Part shown: positions 10,734-20,404 of the stretch, in pieces
Layout of the letters: each line of letters begins with the position of its first letter
How positions within the stretch are numbered: position 1 is the stretch's first letter
Origin: Spirochaetota bacterium
Lineage (GTDB): Bacteria; Spirochaetota; UBA4802; JAFGDQ01
Assembly (NCBI GenBank): GCA_016932015.1
Contig: JAFGDQ010000063.1
Location: forward strand, 2,658 to 66,657
Direction: 5' to 3'
Length of the DNA: 64,000 nt
The notes under the pieces: model-generated
Database searches by the model: none
What the model was told of the DNA's origin: nothing
Seen by the model: only the letters and a program-made list of their open reading frames with translations
Translations under genes and position numbers: made by a program

Positions 10734-11873
10734 TTAAAATACAGCACTAATTTCAATCTGTATCTGGTTTCGGTCATATTTTACATAATAATCAACAGGT
10801 TCTGTCTGTTCTGTTTGATTATAGGTATATGTATAGCTAATATCTGAAGAAATATGTTCGGAAAAATTGTAAGTAAATCCTGTTTCAAGGCCTATCAATT
10901 TACTTTCGATGGCAGTTGCAGGGGATACATTATTGCCATATTGATAGAAAAAAGATAAAGAAAATGAAGTTAATCTGGATAACTCTCTATTAAAATCAGC
11001 AGTAAAATTCCAGATATCATACACCTCATTTGTCAGAATTGTCATTTCATATTCTTTTGATGCGGATAATTCAATGGTATTATTTTCATCTATTTGATGT
11101 GTCAGAGTCAAAGCACTGGAAAAAGTATAGTTTGTTTCATCTTCTGTCTCGACCTGCTCGAAACCTCCCTCTAAATTCCCGGAAAACCGCCTTGTAAAGT
11201 AATGAAGATACTCCAGCCCGCATTCATGCAGTATTGTTGTTTCACTTTCCGTATCTGATTCTTCCAGAATTTTTCTGTTTGTATATGAGTAAAATATGGA
11301 AATAATGTTAAAAGAATTCATTTCAAGGCCAAATGTAATAATTCCGTTGTTTGATACCGAATCGAGTGTATCTCCGCTAAGCGATTTGATGTAAATATTA
11401 TTATATTCCAGAGAAAAGAAAAAAGAACGCAATAAATAATTTGTATATATTGCTGTAAAAGTATTCGTAAGGTAATCGGATCTGCCTAGCAGCTGGCCGA
11501 ACATATCCTGAAAGTCTCCCGGTTCAGGGTAATGTCCGAATGTATCAGTAATGGAAATATTGTCATTATAGAAAATTTCTTTAGCAATAGCCAGCTCAGC
11601 TGTTTGTGAATTATTGTTTAAATCACTATTTTCAAGATAAATCTGTTGTGTGCTTTCTCCAAGTAAATGCCAGTTAATAGTCCTTCCTTCGTGAATCAGG
11701 CCTATGCCTGCTGTTATTTCTGTTATGAAATCTGACTCCTTGTCTTCAGAAGAATTTATATTGTCATCGTACATCTCGCTCAAGCTGCCGGATAACTGCA
11801 GTTCGACCGCGTAAGAAAAAGTTGTAGTAATCACGATAAAAAAGATAATTTTAGTTATTAAAAGAATTTTCAT
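10734..11873 (-). CDS. Outer-membrane beta-barrel protein associated with EPS export
   Basis: Signal peptide, YDDNI motif, alternating amphipathic strands, C-terminal Phe; adjacent to the OPX gene. Confidence 0.75.
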   Translation of the reverse strand: MKILLITKIIFFIVITTTFSYAVELQLSGSLSEMYDDNINSSEDKESDFITEITAGIGLIHEGRTINWHLLGESTQQIYLENSDLNNNSQTAELAIAKEIFYNDNISITDTFGHYPEPGDFQDMFGQLLGRSDYLTNTFTAIYTNYLLRSFFFSLEYNNIYIKSLSGDTLDSVSNNGIITFGLEMNSFNIISIFYSYTNRKILEESDTESETTILHECGLEYLHYFTRRFSGNLEGGFEQVETEDETNYTFSSALTLTHQIDENNTIELSASKEYEMTILTNEVYDIWNFTADFNRELSRLTSFSLSFFYQYGNNVSPATAIESKLIGLETGFTYNFSEHISSDISYTYTYNQTEQTEPVDYYVKYDRNQIQIEISAVF

Positions 11874-11898
11874 CTATGGAACATTTTGCTATTTTTAT

Positions 11899-14205
11899 TT
11901 ATTTTAGGTCCTGTAAAATCCAGGTTCCTTTCGAGCTTCCGGTAAAAATATCTCCGGTATGAGGATTTACTGAAATAGCGCCAATACCGGTTCTGGCAAG
12001 GTTACAGGTTATATTTTGCCATGTTTTTCCACTGTCTTTACTTCTCCAGATATGTGAAATACCACTTGCAGCCATTCCTGCATAAATAATATCCGGATTC
12101 CCCGGATCAAGAGTAACAGCCCTTATAAAATTGCCCCTTGCAAAGTGGGCAGGATTTTCCCCAAAAGCTGATTTAAGTGCATTTAAGCTTTTCCACGATC
12201 TCCCGTTGAATGTGGCCAAATCTCCTGTTTTGTCAAGTGTATAAATAATATCCGGATTATTCGGAGCCACAGTAAAAGTGGGCCTTGAATCCATCCTTGA
12301 AAATTTCCAGCCCGGATTCGCGTATTTTTGCCAGGTTTTTCCTGTGTTGTCAGATTTGAGAATAATTTTTCTTGATTTATCAATAGCGTAAATAGTATCC
12401 GGGTACGAATGGCACATGCCGATTACTTGCGGTTTTCTCTCACTGTATTCGCCAAAGTTAATATTCGTAAAAGTTTTACCTGCATCATGTGAAATTTTAT
12501 TTCCCGCGTACACAATATTAGGCTTCTCATAATTAAATGAAATAAAGAAATTATTATTTTCTTCTAAATTTTCAATCAAATTCCAGGTTTTACCTTCGTC
12601 TTCGGAACGCATTAATTGTGTTCTCCAGTAATCTCCAACAGATGCAACAATAATTTTTGAGCCTTTAACCGGCTGAAAAGCTCCGGAATAAGTACCTATC
12701 CATGAAATTATTCCTTTCCTAAACCAGTCGGATATATTTTTATTTCTGAGTTCAAAGTATTTTCCGCCGTTATTTGTAATAGTCATCCCGACATCAAAGT
12801 TAAAGAAGGCAAATCGATTTTTGTCAAACAGGTCAAATGCTGCGCCGGAATTGGACCAGCCCCATGCAAATCCGGTAAAAAGAGTCGAGCTGTCTTTGAA
12901 TGTTTTACCTCCATCTGTAGTTTTCCATATTGTAGCCCTGGAATACGCAACAGCTTCATCAGGATTTTCAGGATTCGGCACTATACCTGATAATTCACCG
13001 GCTATTCGTGACTTCCAGCTGCCCTTTGTCCTTTTTCTTAAAGGCGGGATAATTTTTCCAAGCTTCTTTATTAATTGTGATTTTAAGTTTCCGTCTCTTC
13101 CCAATCCCGGAGCAGGTATTGTCTCCATATCGTCATACCATGTTTTGCCATTGTCATGACTGATTATTGTATTTGATTTAAGCCCTGTCAGATAAATAAT
13201 TTCCGGGTATCCCGGATTTATAAACACTCTGGCAGTATCAAATTTTTTTATCATTGAAAAAGATTTTCCGTTATCAGTTGAACGATACAGGCCTTTCCCT
13301 TTTAATGCTATGTAAACAATGTGTGGATTTTTAATGTTAACGGCAATTGATGAAATATGTCCGGTTGGTAAATTTCCTGTCGGTTTCAGATTTTTTCCGC
13401 GAGAATATGAGATATAAAAACCTTTGTTTGTTGCGACGTACAGCGTTTTGCCGTCTTTTGGATGTGGTGTGATCGCATAAACAATACTATGGCCTCTCAG
13501 ACTGCTTAAACGCTTCCTGGGCCATGATTTTCCTCCATCATCCGACCTGAAAATGCCGTTTCCGGCAAATGCAGCATACCATCTTTGAACTTTATTTCCT
13601 ATTGCAGATGTTGGATCATATGCTATATTATGCCTGAATATCCTGTGAATTTTGGGATCGTAATTTGTTTCCGTTTGCAGAACAAGTTCCCAGTCTTCAC
13701 CTCCATTTATTGATCTGTATAAGCCCTTATAGTCTTTAGCAAGCCGGTTCCACGCATTATCAGCAATAAGAAATACAATGTCTGGATTTGCCGGATCCAC
13801 TTCTATTGATTGACATTTGTTAGCGTAAAGTCCTTTATCAAGCGTTTTGTGCCATGTTTTACCTGCGTTTGTACTCCGCCATGCGCCGGACACATCGTGT
13901 GAAAGATAAATGTAATCAGGTTTTGATAAGCATCTTGCAATCCCGTGCAGATGCTGTTCAGCTTCACCGCCTGTCATTCCTTTTTTGTATTCTTTTTCAG
14001 ATCTTATGGGTAATACTTTCCACTGGTTTTTATGGAATTTTTTTATTTTGCCTTCATATACCGATCCCGCGAAACAGGGATAGTTGTTTTCTATCTCATT
14101 TCCGGAAAACCTGCAGGGTAAAAGAAATAATATAAAATAAACTATCAATATTATTAGTTTATTATAATATTTCGACTTTTGAAGTGTTGTCTTTTTTATA
14201 TTCAA
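11899..14205 (-). CDS. BNR/Asp-box repeat beta-propeller protein (GH74/sialidase-like)
   Basis: Repeated S/T-x-D/N-x-G-x-T/S-W boxes (STNAGKTW, SDDGGKSW, SEDEGKTW, SKDSGKTW); N-terminal hydrophobic segment; TTG start. Confidence 0.8.
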   Translation of the reverse strand: MNIKKTTLQKSKYYNKLIILIVYFILFLLPCRFSGNEIENNYPCFAGSVYEGKIKKFHKNQWKVLPIRSEKEYKKGMTGGEAEQHLHGIARCLSKPDYIYLSHDVSGAWRSTNAGKTWHKTLDKGLYANKCQSIEVDPANPDIVFLIADNAWNRLAKDYKGLYRSINGGEDWELVLQTETNYDPKIHRIFRHNIAYDPTSAIGNKVQRWYAAFAGNGIFRSDDGGKSWPRKRLSSLRGHSIVYAITPHPKDGKTLYVATNKGFYISYSRGKNLKPTGNLPTGHISSIAVNIKNPHIVYIALKGKGLYRSTDNGKSFSMIKKFDTARVFINPGYPEIIYLTGLKSNTIISHDNGKTWYDDMETIPAPGLGRDGNLKSQLIKKLGKIIPPLRKRTKGSWKSRIAGELSGIVPNPENPDEAVAYSRATIWKTTDGGKTFKDSSTLFTGFAWGWSNSGAAFDLFDKNRFAFFNFDVGMTITNNGGKYFELRNKNISDWFRKGIISWIGTYSGAFQPVKGSKIIVASVGDYWRTQLMRSEDEGKTWNLIENLEENNNFFISFNYEKPNIVYAGNKISHDAGKTFTNINFGEYSERKPQVIGMCHSYPDTIYAIDKSRKIILKSDNTGKTWQKYANPGWKFSRMDSRPTFTVAPNNPDIIYTLDKTGDLATFNGRSWKSLNALKSAFGENPAHFARGNFIRAVTLDPGNPDIIYAGMAASGISHIWRSKDSGKTWQNITCNLARTGIGAISVNPHTGDIFTGSSKGTWILQDLK

Positions 14206-14285
14206 AATTTATTCTTAATATTTCTTTTTCTGGATATAAATCGGGATGTGCAGCAGTTATGTTCAGAAGGCTTTGCGGTTTTTTC

Positions 14286-14314
14286 TTGCATTTTTATATT
14301 TTCTGCAATATAAT
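14286..14314 (+). promoter_or_regulatory. Sigma70-type promoter for candidate sRNA
   Basis: TTGCAT (14286-14291), 17-bp spacer, TATAAT (14309-14314); both flanking genes are on the opposite strand. Confidence 0.6.
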
Positions 14315-14319
14315 AAGAT

Positions 14320-14389
14320 TATGCCGACAAGGCATAACTTTTCAATTTAATTACCTCCTAAGACCGGCTACCTCAGTCGGTCTCTTTTT
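14320..14389 (+). ncRNA. Candidate small RNA with anti-Shine-Dalgarno seed
   Basis: 5' hairpin TTATGCC-GACAA-GGCATAA, unpaired TTACCTCCTA, then hairpin AGACCGGCT-ACCTC-AGTCGGTCT followed by CTTTTT. Confidence 0.55.
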
Positions 14390-14436
14390 GTATATAGCCA
14401 TTAAAAATAGATACAAAGCGGAAAATGTCAAATGAA

Positions 14437-14874
14437 TTATTTTATAATTTTAATTTTCTGATTTCTTTTTATTCCGAATATTTCGGTTTCTTCATGTGTG
14501 GGGAACAGGATATCAAGGCGTTTTCCTTTTATGCTTTTTCCTGTATCTACAGCAGTGTATTCTTTTCCATTGTATATTATTTTTGAACCAAGTTCTATTA
14601 ACTCAGGATCAACTGCAATTATGTTGATGTCTTTTTCTATGTAATGCTTCATTGTTTTACCTGTTGCTGTCATTCCGGCCCATTTACCGTTGCAGCATGG
14701 CCCCGGGCAGTATGCGGTAACAGTGAGCCCGGTCATTGTAATATCCGCTGTCTTTTCATACAGACTGCTGTCTGTGAAAAAGAATGCATTAATATTATTA
14801 TAAAAAAATGGTACAAGGATAAAGATAAGGGCGATAATAAATATCTCAAAAATAAATTCTTTTTTTAACTTCAT
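14437..14874 (-). CDS. 3D (Asp-Asp-Asp) domain protein, membrane anchored
   Basis: VTAYC, TATG, IAVDP, AVDTG, RLDILF motifs; N-terminal TM; ATG 14874 preferred as start. Confidence 0.85.
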   Translation of the reverse strand: MKLKKEFIFEIFIIALIFILVPFFYNNINAFFFTDSSLYEKTADITMTGLTVTAYCPGPCCNGKWAGMTATGKTMKHYIEKDINIIAVDPELIELGSKIIYNGKEYTAVDTGKSIKGKRLDILFPTHEETEIFGIKRNQKIKIIK

Positions 14875-15002
14875 TAAAATTAAAAATACTCCAAACAAAC
14901 GGCTGTAAGTATTAAGCCTGTAAAAATGCTGTTCAGACTCGTAAAATCAATTATAAATCTGAACAGGTAAATATTGTGATCCAAATCAGTATTTGATTTT
15001 GA

Positions 15003-16202
15003 TTACTGCTCATACGCGAAATATCTCTCTTTAATATAATCCAAATTCCTGATGGAAAAGATAAATCCGATAATTATAATCAGCATTATTATACTGGCAA
15101 CACGGAATGCAGCTGAGACGGAATATAATGAAACAATAGGCTGCGCCAGAATCGGAGACAGGAACATACCCAGATAATTTGCCATTGACGCGCGTCCAAT
15201 CAGGCGTCCGCGAATTTCAACCGGCGAGGTTTCCATTATCCAGAGATTTCCCGCAGGAAGCAGAAATCCGATTCCTATACTCGCTGTAATATGCGCGATG
15301 ATGAGTGACAGGAATCCGTTGCTGTATGATATACCTGTATAGCCGACTGCCATGAAAGCAAAAGCAGCAATATATATTCTGGGGAATGATAATCTTTTTT
15401 TAAAATGTTTGAATAAAAACGCGAATACTGATGTCGCGAATATTGATATACTCATTGCGAATCCCATCAAAGAGTTTGAAACACCGAGTTTGTTGTAAAG
15501 ATAAGGCATCTGTACAGGCATCATAAAAAAGAATGCTGTGCCCGCGAAAATTAATAAATAGATTAAAATAACAAGGTTTCCGGAGAAGGCAGGTACTGCT
15601 GTATTATTATTTTTCTTTTGTTCTTTTTTCTGTCCGGGTTCATGTTTAGGTTCCTTGAAAAAAGCGGAAACCATGAAAATTACCGGAATGGAAAAAAGGT
15701 ATATTAAAAAAGGAAGATGCCATTGTATTTCGGAAAGCACACCTGCCAAAGCAAGAAAGAGAACTCCTCCCAGTCCCGCAAAGGCGTTCTGATATCCGAC
15801 AAAAGCACTGCGCTCATCATCACGAAAAAAGTCATATATGAATGAGTTTGAAATAGTCATTATTCCGCCTACGGCAATTCCGAGAAATATTCTTCCTGAA
15901 AGAATAGAGTATAAATCATTCAGGAAGAACCCGGACGCTCCGCCAAGCGCGTACAGCACTAAAGAAAGCAGCAACAGTTTTTTGCCGCTCGTATTATCTA
16001 TCAGGTATCCGAAAACAGGTGACGCTGCCGCGATAAAAAGTGCGGGCAGAGTAATTATAAGACGTGTAAGTAAATCGGCATACGGCACATTAGTAAATAT
16101 CTGATTCATTTGGGGTAAAGAAGGCGATACTATGGCAACAGCCATTACAGTCATCATGCTTGTCAGCAGAAGGGTTATCTTGACAGTAGAATAACGTTTC
16201 AT
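15003..16202 (-). CDS. MFS transporter
   Basis: About 12 TMs, GYLIDNTSGKK motif-A-like loop, GRIFLGIAVGG. Confidence 0.9.
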   Translation of the reverse strand: MKRYSTVKITLLLTSMMTVMAVAIVSPSLPQMNQIFTNVPYADLLTRLIITLPALFIAAASPVFGYLIDNTSGKKLLLLSLVLYALGGASGFFLNDLYSILSGRIFLGIAVGGIMTISNSFIYDFFRDDERSAFVGYQNAFAGLGGVLFLALAGVLSEIQWHLPFLIYLFSIPVIFMVSAFFKEPKHEPGQKKEQKKNNNTAVPAFSGNLVILIYLLIFAGTAFFFMMPVQMPYLYNKLGVSNSLMGFAMSISIFATSVFAFLFKHFKKRLSFPRIYIAAFAFMAVGYTGISYSNGFLSLIIAHITASIGIGFLLPAGNLWIMETSPVEIRGRLIGRASMANYLGMFLSPILAQPIVSLYSVSAAFRVASIIMLIIIIGFIFSIRNLDYIKERYFAYEQ

Positions 16203-16715
16203 AGGTGAAATAATCCTTATTTGTATTTAAATTTATAAATTTTAAACATGACAGATTATTAACACGACATAATAGTTGTGCCGGAGTATTTGCATGTTTG
16301 TTGACGCGAATTCGATAGATCCTGATAATTGAAAATTTTAAAATTATTACCGGTAATCCTGGCCTTTTACTCTAAAACATTTACATGATTATGCGGGGTT
16401 TCCTGCTTATAACAGAAAAGCTGTCATAAAATAAACATTTAATAAATACTGATTTTGTCAGGCTCTGAAATTATCTGTCCAGTCCAGTTTAATAAATTGC
16501 ATACAGCAATATAAAACTAGTAAAAAAAGATGCTTAAATATAGCAATAATTTTTTTTAAATTATTGCTCCGTTTTTTTTCAATAATACTGCCGGATTTTT
16601 TATTTTTATTGATAAATGCCTTTAATAATATAGATAACAATCTTGACTTCATACTTGACTTTGTATTTAATCCGGTTAAAATTAAAATAGTAAATATATA
16701 CGGAGAGAGTTCCTC

Positions 16716-18503
16716 ATGGAGAAAATGCTTAGAGTTGATTTTCCTTTTTTGAATAAATATGTTGAAATGCCGGAAGGCTCTAAAATATCAGATGCCTGTG
16801 ATGCCGCGGGCCATCCTCTTAATCTGGTTTGCGGAGGAAAAGGCAAGTGTAAAAAATGCGCTGTAGATATTGAAGAAAACGGCACTGTCAAAAATGTAAT
16901 TTCCTGCCAGACGGAAATTTTTGAAGGAGTAAAAATTCTTTTAAAAGATGAAAATATTCAGGCTAAAATACTGACGGAATCAAAATTGAAGGACTTTGAT
17001 TTTAATCCATGCCTGTCATTAAAATATATTTCCCGGGAATTTTTAAAAACAGAGATGGGAGAAAATGACTGGGATACTATTAAGAAAGCATCAGGTTTAT
17101 CATTAAGCATCCCGTCTCTTGAAATAATCCGGAAATTGTCAAAATTATTTCATAATGAAGACGGTATAACCTGCGTACTGTACAATGACACTCTGCTGGA
17201 TGTTCTGCAGGGTAAGAAGGAGGAAATATTCGCGCTTGCCTTTGATATAGGTACAACTTCTGTTGTCGGATATTTGTACAATATGAAGACTTATGAACTG
17301 ATAGGCGTAAATTCCGGATTAAATAAACAGACACAGATAGGCGGCGATGTCATAAGCAGAATAGATTATACAGTCAATAATACGGATGGACTTGATAAAC
17401 TGCACTCACTTGTAATTGCAACAGTTAATGAAATTATAGATAATATCTGTAAAGATTACAGTATTGATAAAAACTTGATTTATCAGGCTAATTTTTGCGG
17501 AAACAGCACAATGCAGCATATATTCCTGAAAATTTATCCTGAGCATCTGGGGAAAATTCCTTTTTCAAGCACTACTCATAGCGAAGTTTTAACCGAAGCG
17601 TCGGAATTAAAACTGAATATAAATCCCGCTGCACGTGTTGTTTTTCTGCCTTTGCTTGGCGGATTTGTCGGAGCGGATACGACTGCTGTTCTGACTTCGC
17701 TTCCCAATGATGACAAGAGCAGGCTGATAATTGACCTTGGTACGAACGGTGAGATTGCAGCTGGGAAGGGGAATACATACAGAGTCGCTTCAACTGCGTG
17801 CGGCCCTGCTCTGGAAGGCGCAGGGCTCACATCCGGGATGAGAGGCACGACAGGAGCTATTGAACGTTTTAAAATAGCCGAAGGCGATGTATTTTATAAG
17901 GTATTAGGGGATGTTAAGCCGAAAGGAATTTGCGGTTCTGCTATTATTGATATTGTAAGCGAACTGTTCGATAACGGAATTTTAACAGCCATGGGAGCTT
18001 TTTGCGGGAAAGATGAAATTAAAAATCAGGATCTTGCAAAAAGAATAATTCCCTGGGAGAAAAGCAAAGCTTTTATTGTATGTTTTAAAGAAGAGACAGA
18101 TTCAGGAAAACCTATCCTGATAACGCAAATCGATATAAGACAGGTTCAGCTCGCGAAAGGTGCAATCAGTACAGGCTGCCATATGCTTGTTGAAAAATGC
18201 TGTCTTTCCATTGAGAATATTGATGAAATCCTTATCGCTGGCGCGTTCGGCAATTATATAGATATCAGTAAAGCGCAGAATATTGGGATGATCCCGTTTC
18301 ATGAAAATGTTGCAACGCAGTCAATAGGCAATGCTGCAGGTACAGGCTGCCAGATGCATCTGCTGTCTAAGGATAAGCAGAAATTCTGTAATGAAATAGC
18401 GAAAAATGCCACACATGTGGAGCTTGCTTCTGATCCGAAATTTTCCATGAATTATATTATGAATACGTCATTTGATTCATCTGAATTTGACTTTGAGGAT
18501 TAA
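16716..18503 (+). CDS. Reductive activator of corrinoid enzymes (RACE; [2Fe-2S] plus ASKHA ATPase)
   Basis: CGGKGKCKKC...SCQ ferredoxin motif, DIGTT, GGDVISRI, DLGTNGE, ACGPALEG, GICGS, IAGAFGNY. Confidence 0.92.
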   Translation: MEKMLRVDFPFLNKYVEMPEGSKISDACDAAGHPLNLVCGGKGKCKKCAVDIEENGTVKNVISCQTEIFEGVKILLKDENIQAKILTESKLKDFDFNPCLSLKYISREFLKTEMGENDWDTIKKASGLSLSIPSLEIIRKLSKLFHNEDGITCVLYNDTLLDVLQGKKEEIFALAFDIGTTSVVGYLYNMKTYELIGVNSGLNKQTQIGGDVISRIDYTVNNTDGLDKLHSLVIATVNEIIDNICKDYSIDKNLIYQANFCGNSTMQHIFLKIYPEHLGKIPFSSTTHSEVLTEASELKLNINPAARVVFLPLLGGFVGADTTAVLTSLPNDDKSRLIIDLGTNGEIAAGKGNTYRVASTACGPALEGAGLTSGMRGTTGAIERFKIAEGDVFYKVLGDVKPKGICGSAIIDIVSELFDNGILTAMGAFCGKDEIKNQDLAKRIIPWEKSKAFIVCFKEETDSGKPILITQIDIRQVQLAKGAISTGCHMLVEKCCLSIENIDEILIAGAFGNYIDISKAQNIGMIPFHENVATQSIGNAAGTGCQMHLLSKDKQKFCNEIAKNATHVELASDPKFSMNYIMNTSFDSSEFDFED

Positions 18504-18579
18504 AGCAGGGGATTTTTTTTGTAAATTTTCCTGCTTCGGGAATTAACCTGAAAATTTTATAATTATATTTTGAGGAATA

Positions 18580-18610
18580 AAAAAGGCCATTTATTATAAA
18601 TGGCCTTTTT
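18580..18610. terminator. Bidirectional intrinsic terminator
   Basis: AAAAAGGCCATTTA-TTA-TAAATGGCCTTTTT between convergent genes. Confidence 0.8.
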
Positions 18611-18641
18611 AAGTTCAGAGTTTTAAAACAAAATTGTTATT

Positions 18642-19670
18642 TTACAGAACTGGTTTAAACATTTCCTTACTCATTTTATCTATTGCTTCCGTAACAGCTT
18701 CATACAGGCCCGGGAATGTGCTCATTGGGCCGCCCTGTGTTGTGTTTGGAATAAAGTACAGTTTGCCGTTTGTTTCGCAGGCTCTCCTGACTTCTTTTTC
18801 AACAAGTTCAGGTGTCCAGTCTTCCTTGTCTACAACTCCGCTGTCAATATCTCCCATGAAAGAGATTTTTTCGCCGTATTTTTTTACCAGATCAGGAACG
18901 TTATTTGTAGTGGAACATCCCTGCCAGATATCAATTCCGACATCTATCATGGAAGGCACAAGATTTGCGGCATAGGAGTCGCTGTGGTGAATGATAAGCT
19001 CCACACCGTTATCTTTCCAGAATCCGTATATTTTCTTATAAGCCGGCACTATAAATTCTTTAAACATTTCAGGTGAAATAAAAGAGGATTTATAGCTGCC
19101 CCAGTCATCATGGTGAAATAACGCATTGGGTTTATAGTTTTTAACGATTAGTTTCGCGTATTCAACTTCCCAGTTGGCAATGAATTCTATAAGCTCTTTT
19201 AATGCATCCGGTTCTTCATAAAAAGCGAGCAGACAGTCATCCATACCCATTAAATAATGCAGCTGCTCAAATACTCCGGGAGCGACTACATAGGTGGCAT
19301 ATACTTCATTTCTGTCAACTCCTTCAGCCATGGGTTTGTATTTGTCCCATTCCGCCTGAGGGAAATCAAGATTGGGAGCTTTGACATATTTCTGCCATTC
19401 TGCTATATCTTTTACTACTTTATGTGCTTCATCGTGAACCGGAAACATTCCGGGAACATTGGCAGGCCAGCTTATTGTAACTCCCCATGAGTTTACAACA
19501 TCAGGAGTTCCCGGCATTGGGATAGGATTGGACATTGTATACGGATCAAAATAAAGCATATTAAACATCGGTACTTCAGGTGCGCATTGAAAAGCCTCAT
19601 ATTGATTAACAAATCTGTCCGGTTTTCCGCCCTTTATTGTTTCAAGTAAATTCTGTCTTTTAGTTAACAT
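18642..19670 (-). CDS. URO-D family substrate:corrinoid methyltransferase (MT1)
   Basis: PDRFVNQYE, FEQLHYLMG, HHDDWG, HHSDSY, FMGDIDS; sits in an operon with a corrinoid protein. Confidence 0.85.
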   Translation of the reverse strand: MLTKRQNLLETIKGGKPDRFVNQYEAFQCAPEVPMFNMLYFDPYTMSNPIPMPGTPDVVNSWGVTISWPANVPGMFPVHDEAHKVVKDIAEWQKYVKAPNLDFPQAEWDKYKPMAEGVDRNEVYATYVVAPGVFEQLHYLMGMDDCLLAFYEEPDALKELIEFIANWEVEYAKLIVKNYKPNALFHHDDWGSYKSSFISPEMFKEFIVPAYKKIYGFWKDNGVELIIHHSDSYAANLVPSMIDVGIDIWQGCSTTNNVPDLVKKYGEKISFMGDIDSGVVDKEDWTPELVEKEVRRACETNGKLYFIPNTTQGGPMSTFPGLYEAVTEAIDKMSKEMFKPVL

Positions 19671-19729
19671 ATATTATATCTCCTTATATGTACTTTCCTA
19701 CATGTTACTACTAATTGCTGGTTACCGGA

Positions 19730-20359
19730 TTACTTAACCATTGATTTTGCTGTTTCAGCTGCGGCACCGGCGTCGGCTGCATATGCGTCCGCGCCTATTT
19801 CATTTGCAAATTCCTGAGTAATAGGAGCGCCGCCAACGATTACTTTGAAACCTGACAGTCCGCTGTCTTTAATAACTTTAACAGTATTTTTTAATGAAGG
19901 CATGGTAGTTGTAAGAAGAGCAGAACATGCAACCAGGCTTACGTTTGGAGTTTCTTTGATTGCTTCTATAAATTTTTCTGCAGGAACGTCAACTCCAAGG
20001 TCGACCATATCGAAACCTGCGCTTCCGATCATCATTGAAACAAGGTTTTTGCCTATATCATGCAAGTCGCCTTCAACTGTACCAATAATGCATGTTCCAA
20101 GTGAAGTTGACGCGTCGCCGGCCAAATGCGGTTTTAATACTTCAACACCTTTTGCCATAGCTTTTGCGGCTATCAGCATTTCAGGTACAAAAATTTCTCC
20201 GGCTGAAAATCTGTCGCCAACAACTTTCATCCCGTCAATCATAGCCTGAAGAATGTCACCGGCTGCGCTTCCTCCGTCAAGTGCTTCCTGTACAAGTCCC
20301 GGAACAAGTTTGGTTTTACCAGCTTCGACTTGTGCTTTTACTTCATCAATTTTTGCCAT
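19730..20359 (-). CDS. Corrinoid (cobalamin-binding) protein
   Basis: FVPEML cap, DLHDIGKN (DxHxxG), SALLTTT, VGGAP. Confidence 0.95.
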   Translation of the reverse strand: MAKIDEVKAQVEAGKTKLVPGLVQEALDGGSAAGDILQAMIDGMKVVGDRFSAGEIFVPEMLIAAKAMAKGVEVLKPHLAGDASTSLGTCIIGTVEGDLHDIGKNLVSMMIGSAGFDMVDLGVDVPAEKFIEAIKETPNVSLVACSALLTTTMPSLKNTVKVIKDSGLSGFKVIVGGAPITQEFANEIGADAYAADAGAAAETAKSMVK

Positions 20360-20404
20360 TTTACTTTTACTCCTGTTAATTATTATATAGTTGTATATAA
20401 ATGT

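Noticed and set aside
14184-14435. 83-aa plus-strand ORF across the candidate sRNA
   Set aside because: Non-ATG start without an RBS, no motifs, and it runs through a promoter and an intrinsic terminator.
18642-19670. hemE (uroporphyrinogen decarboxylase)
   Set aside because: Lacks the HemE RQAGR motif and sits between corrinoid-system genes; methyltransferase fits better.
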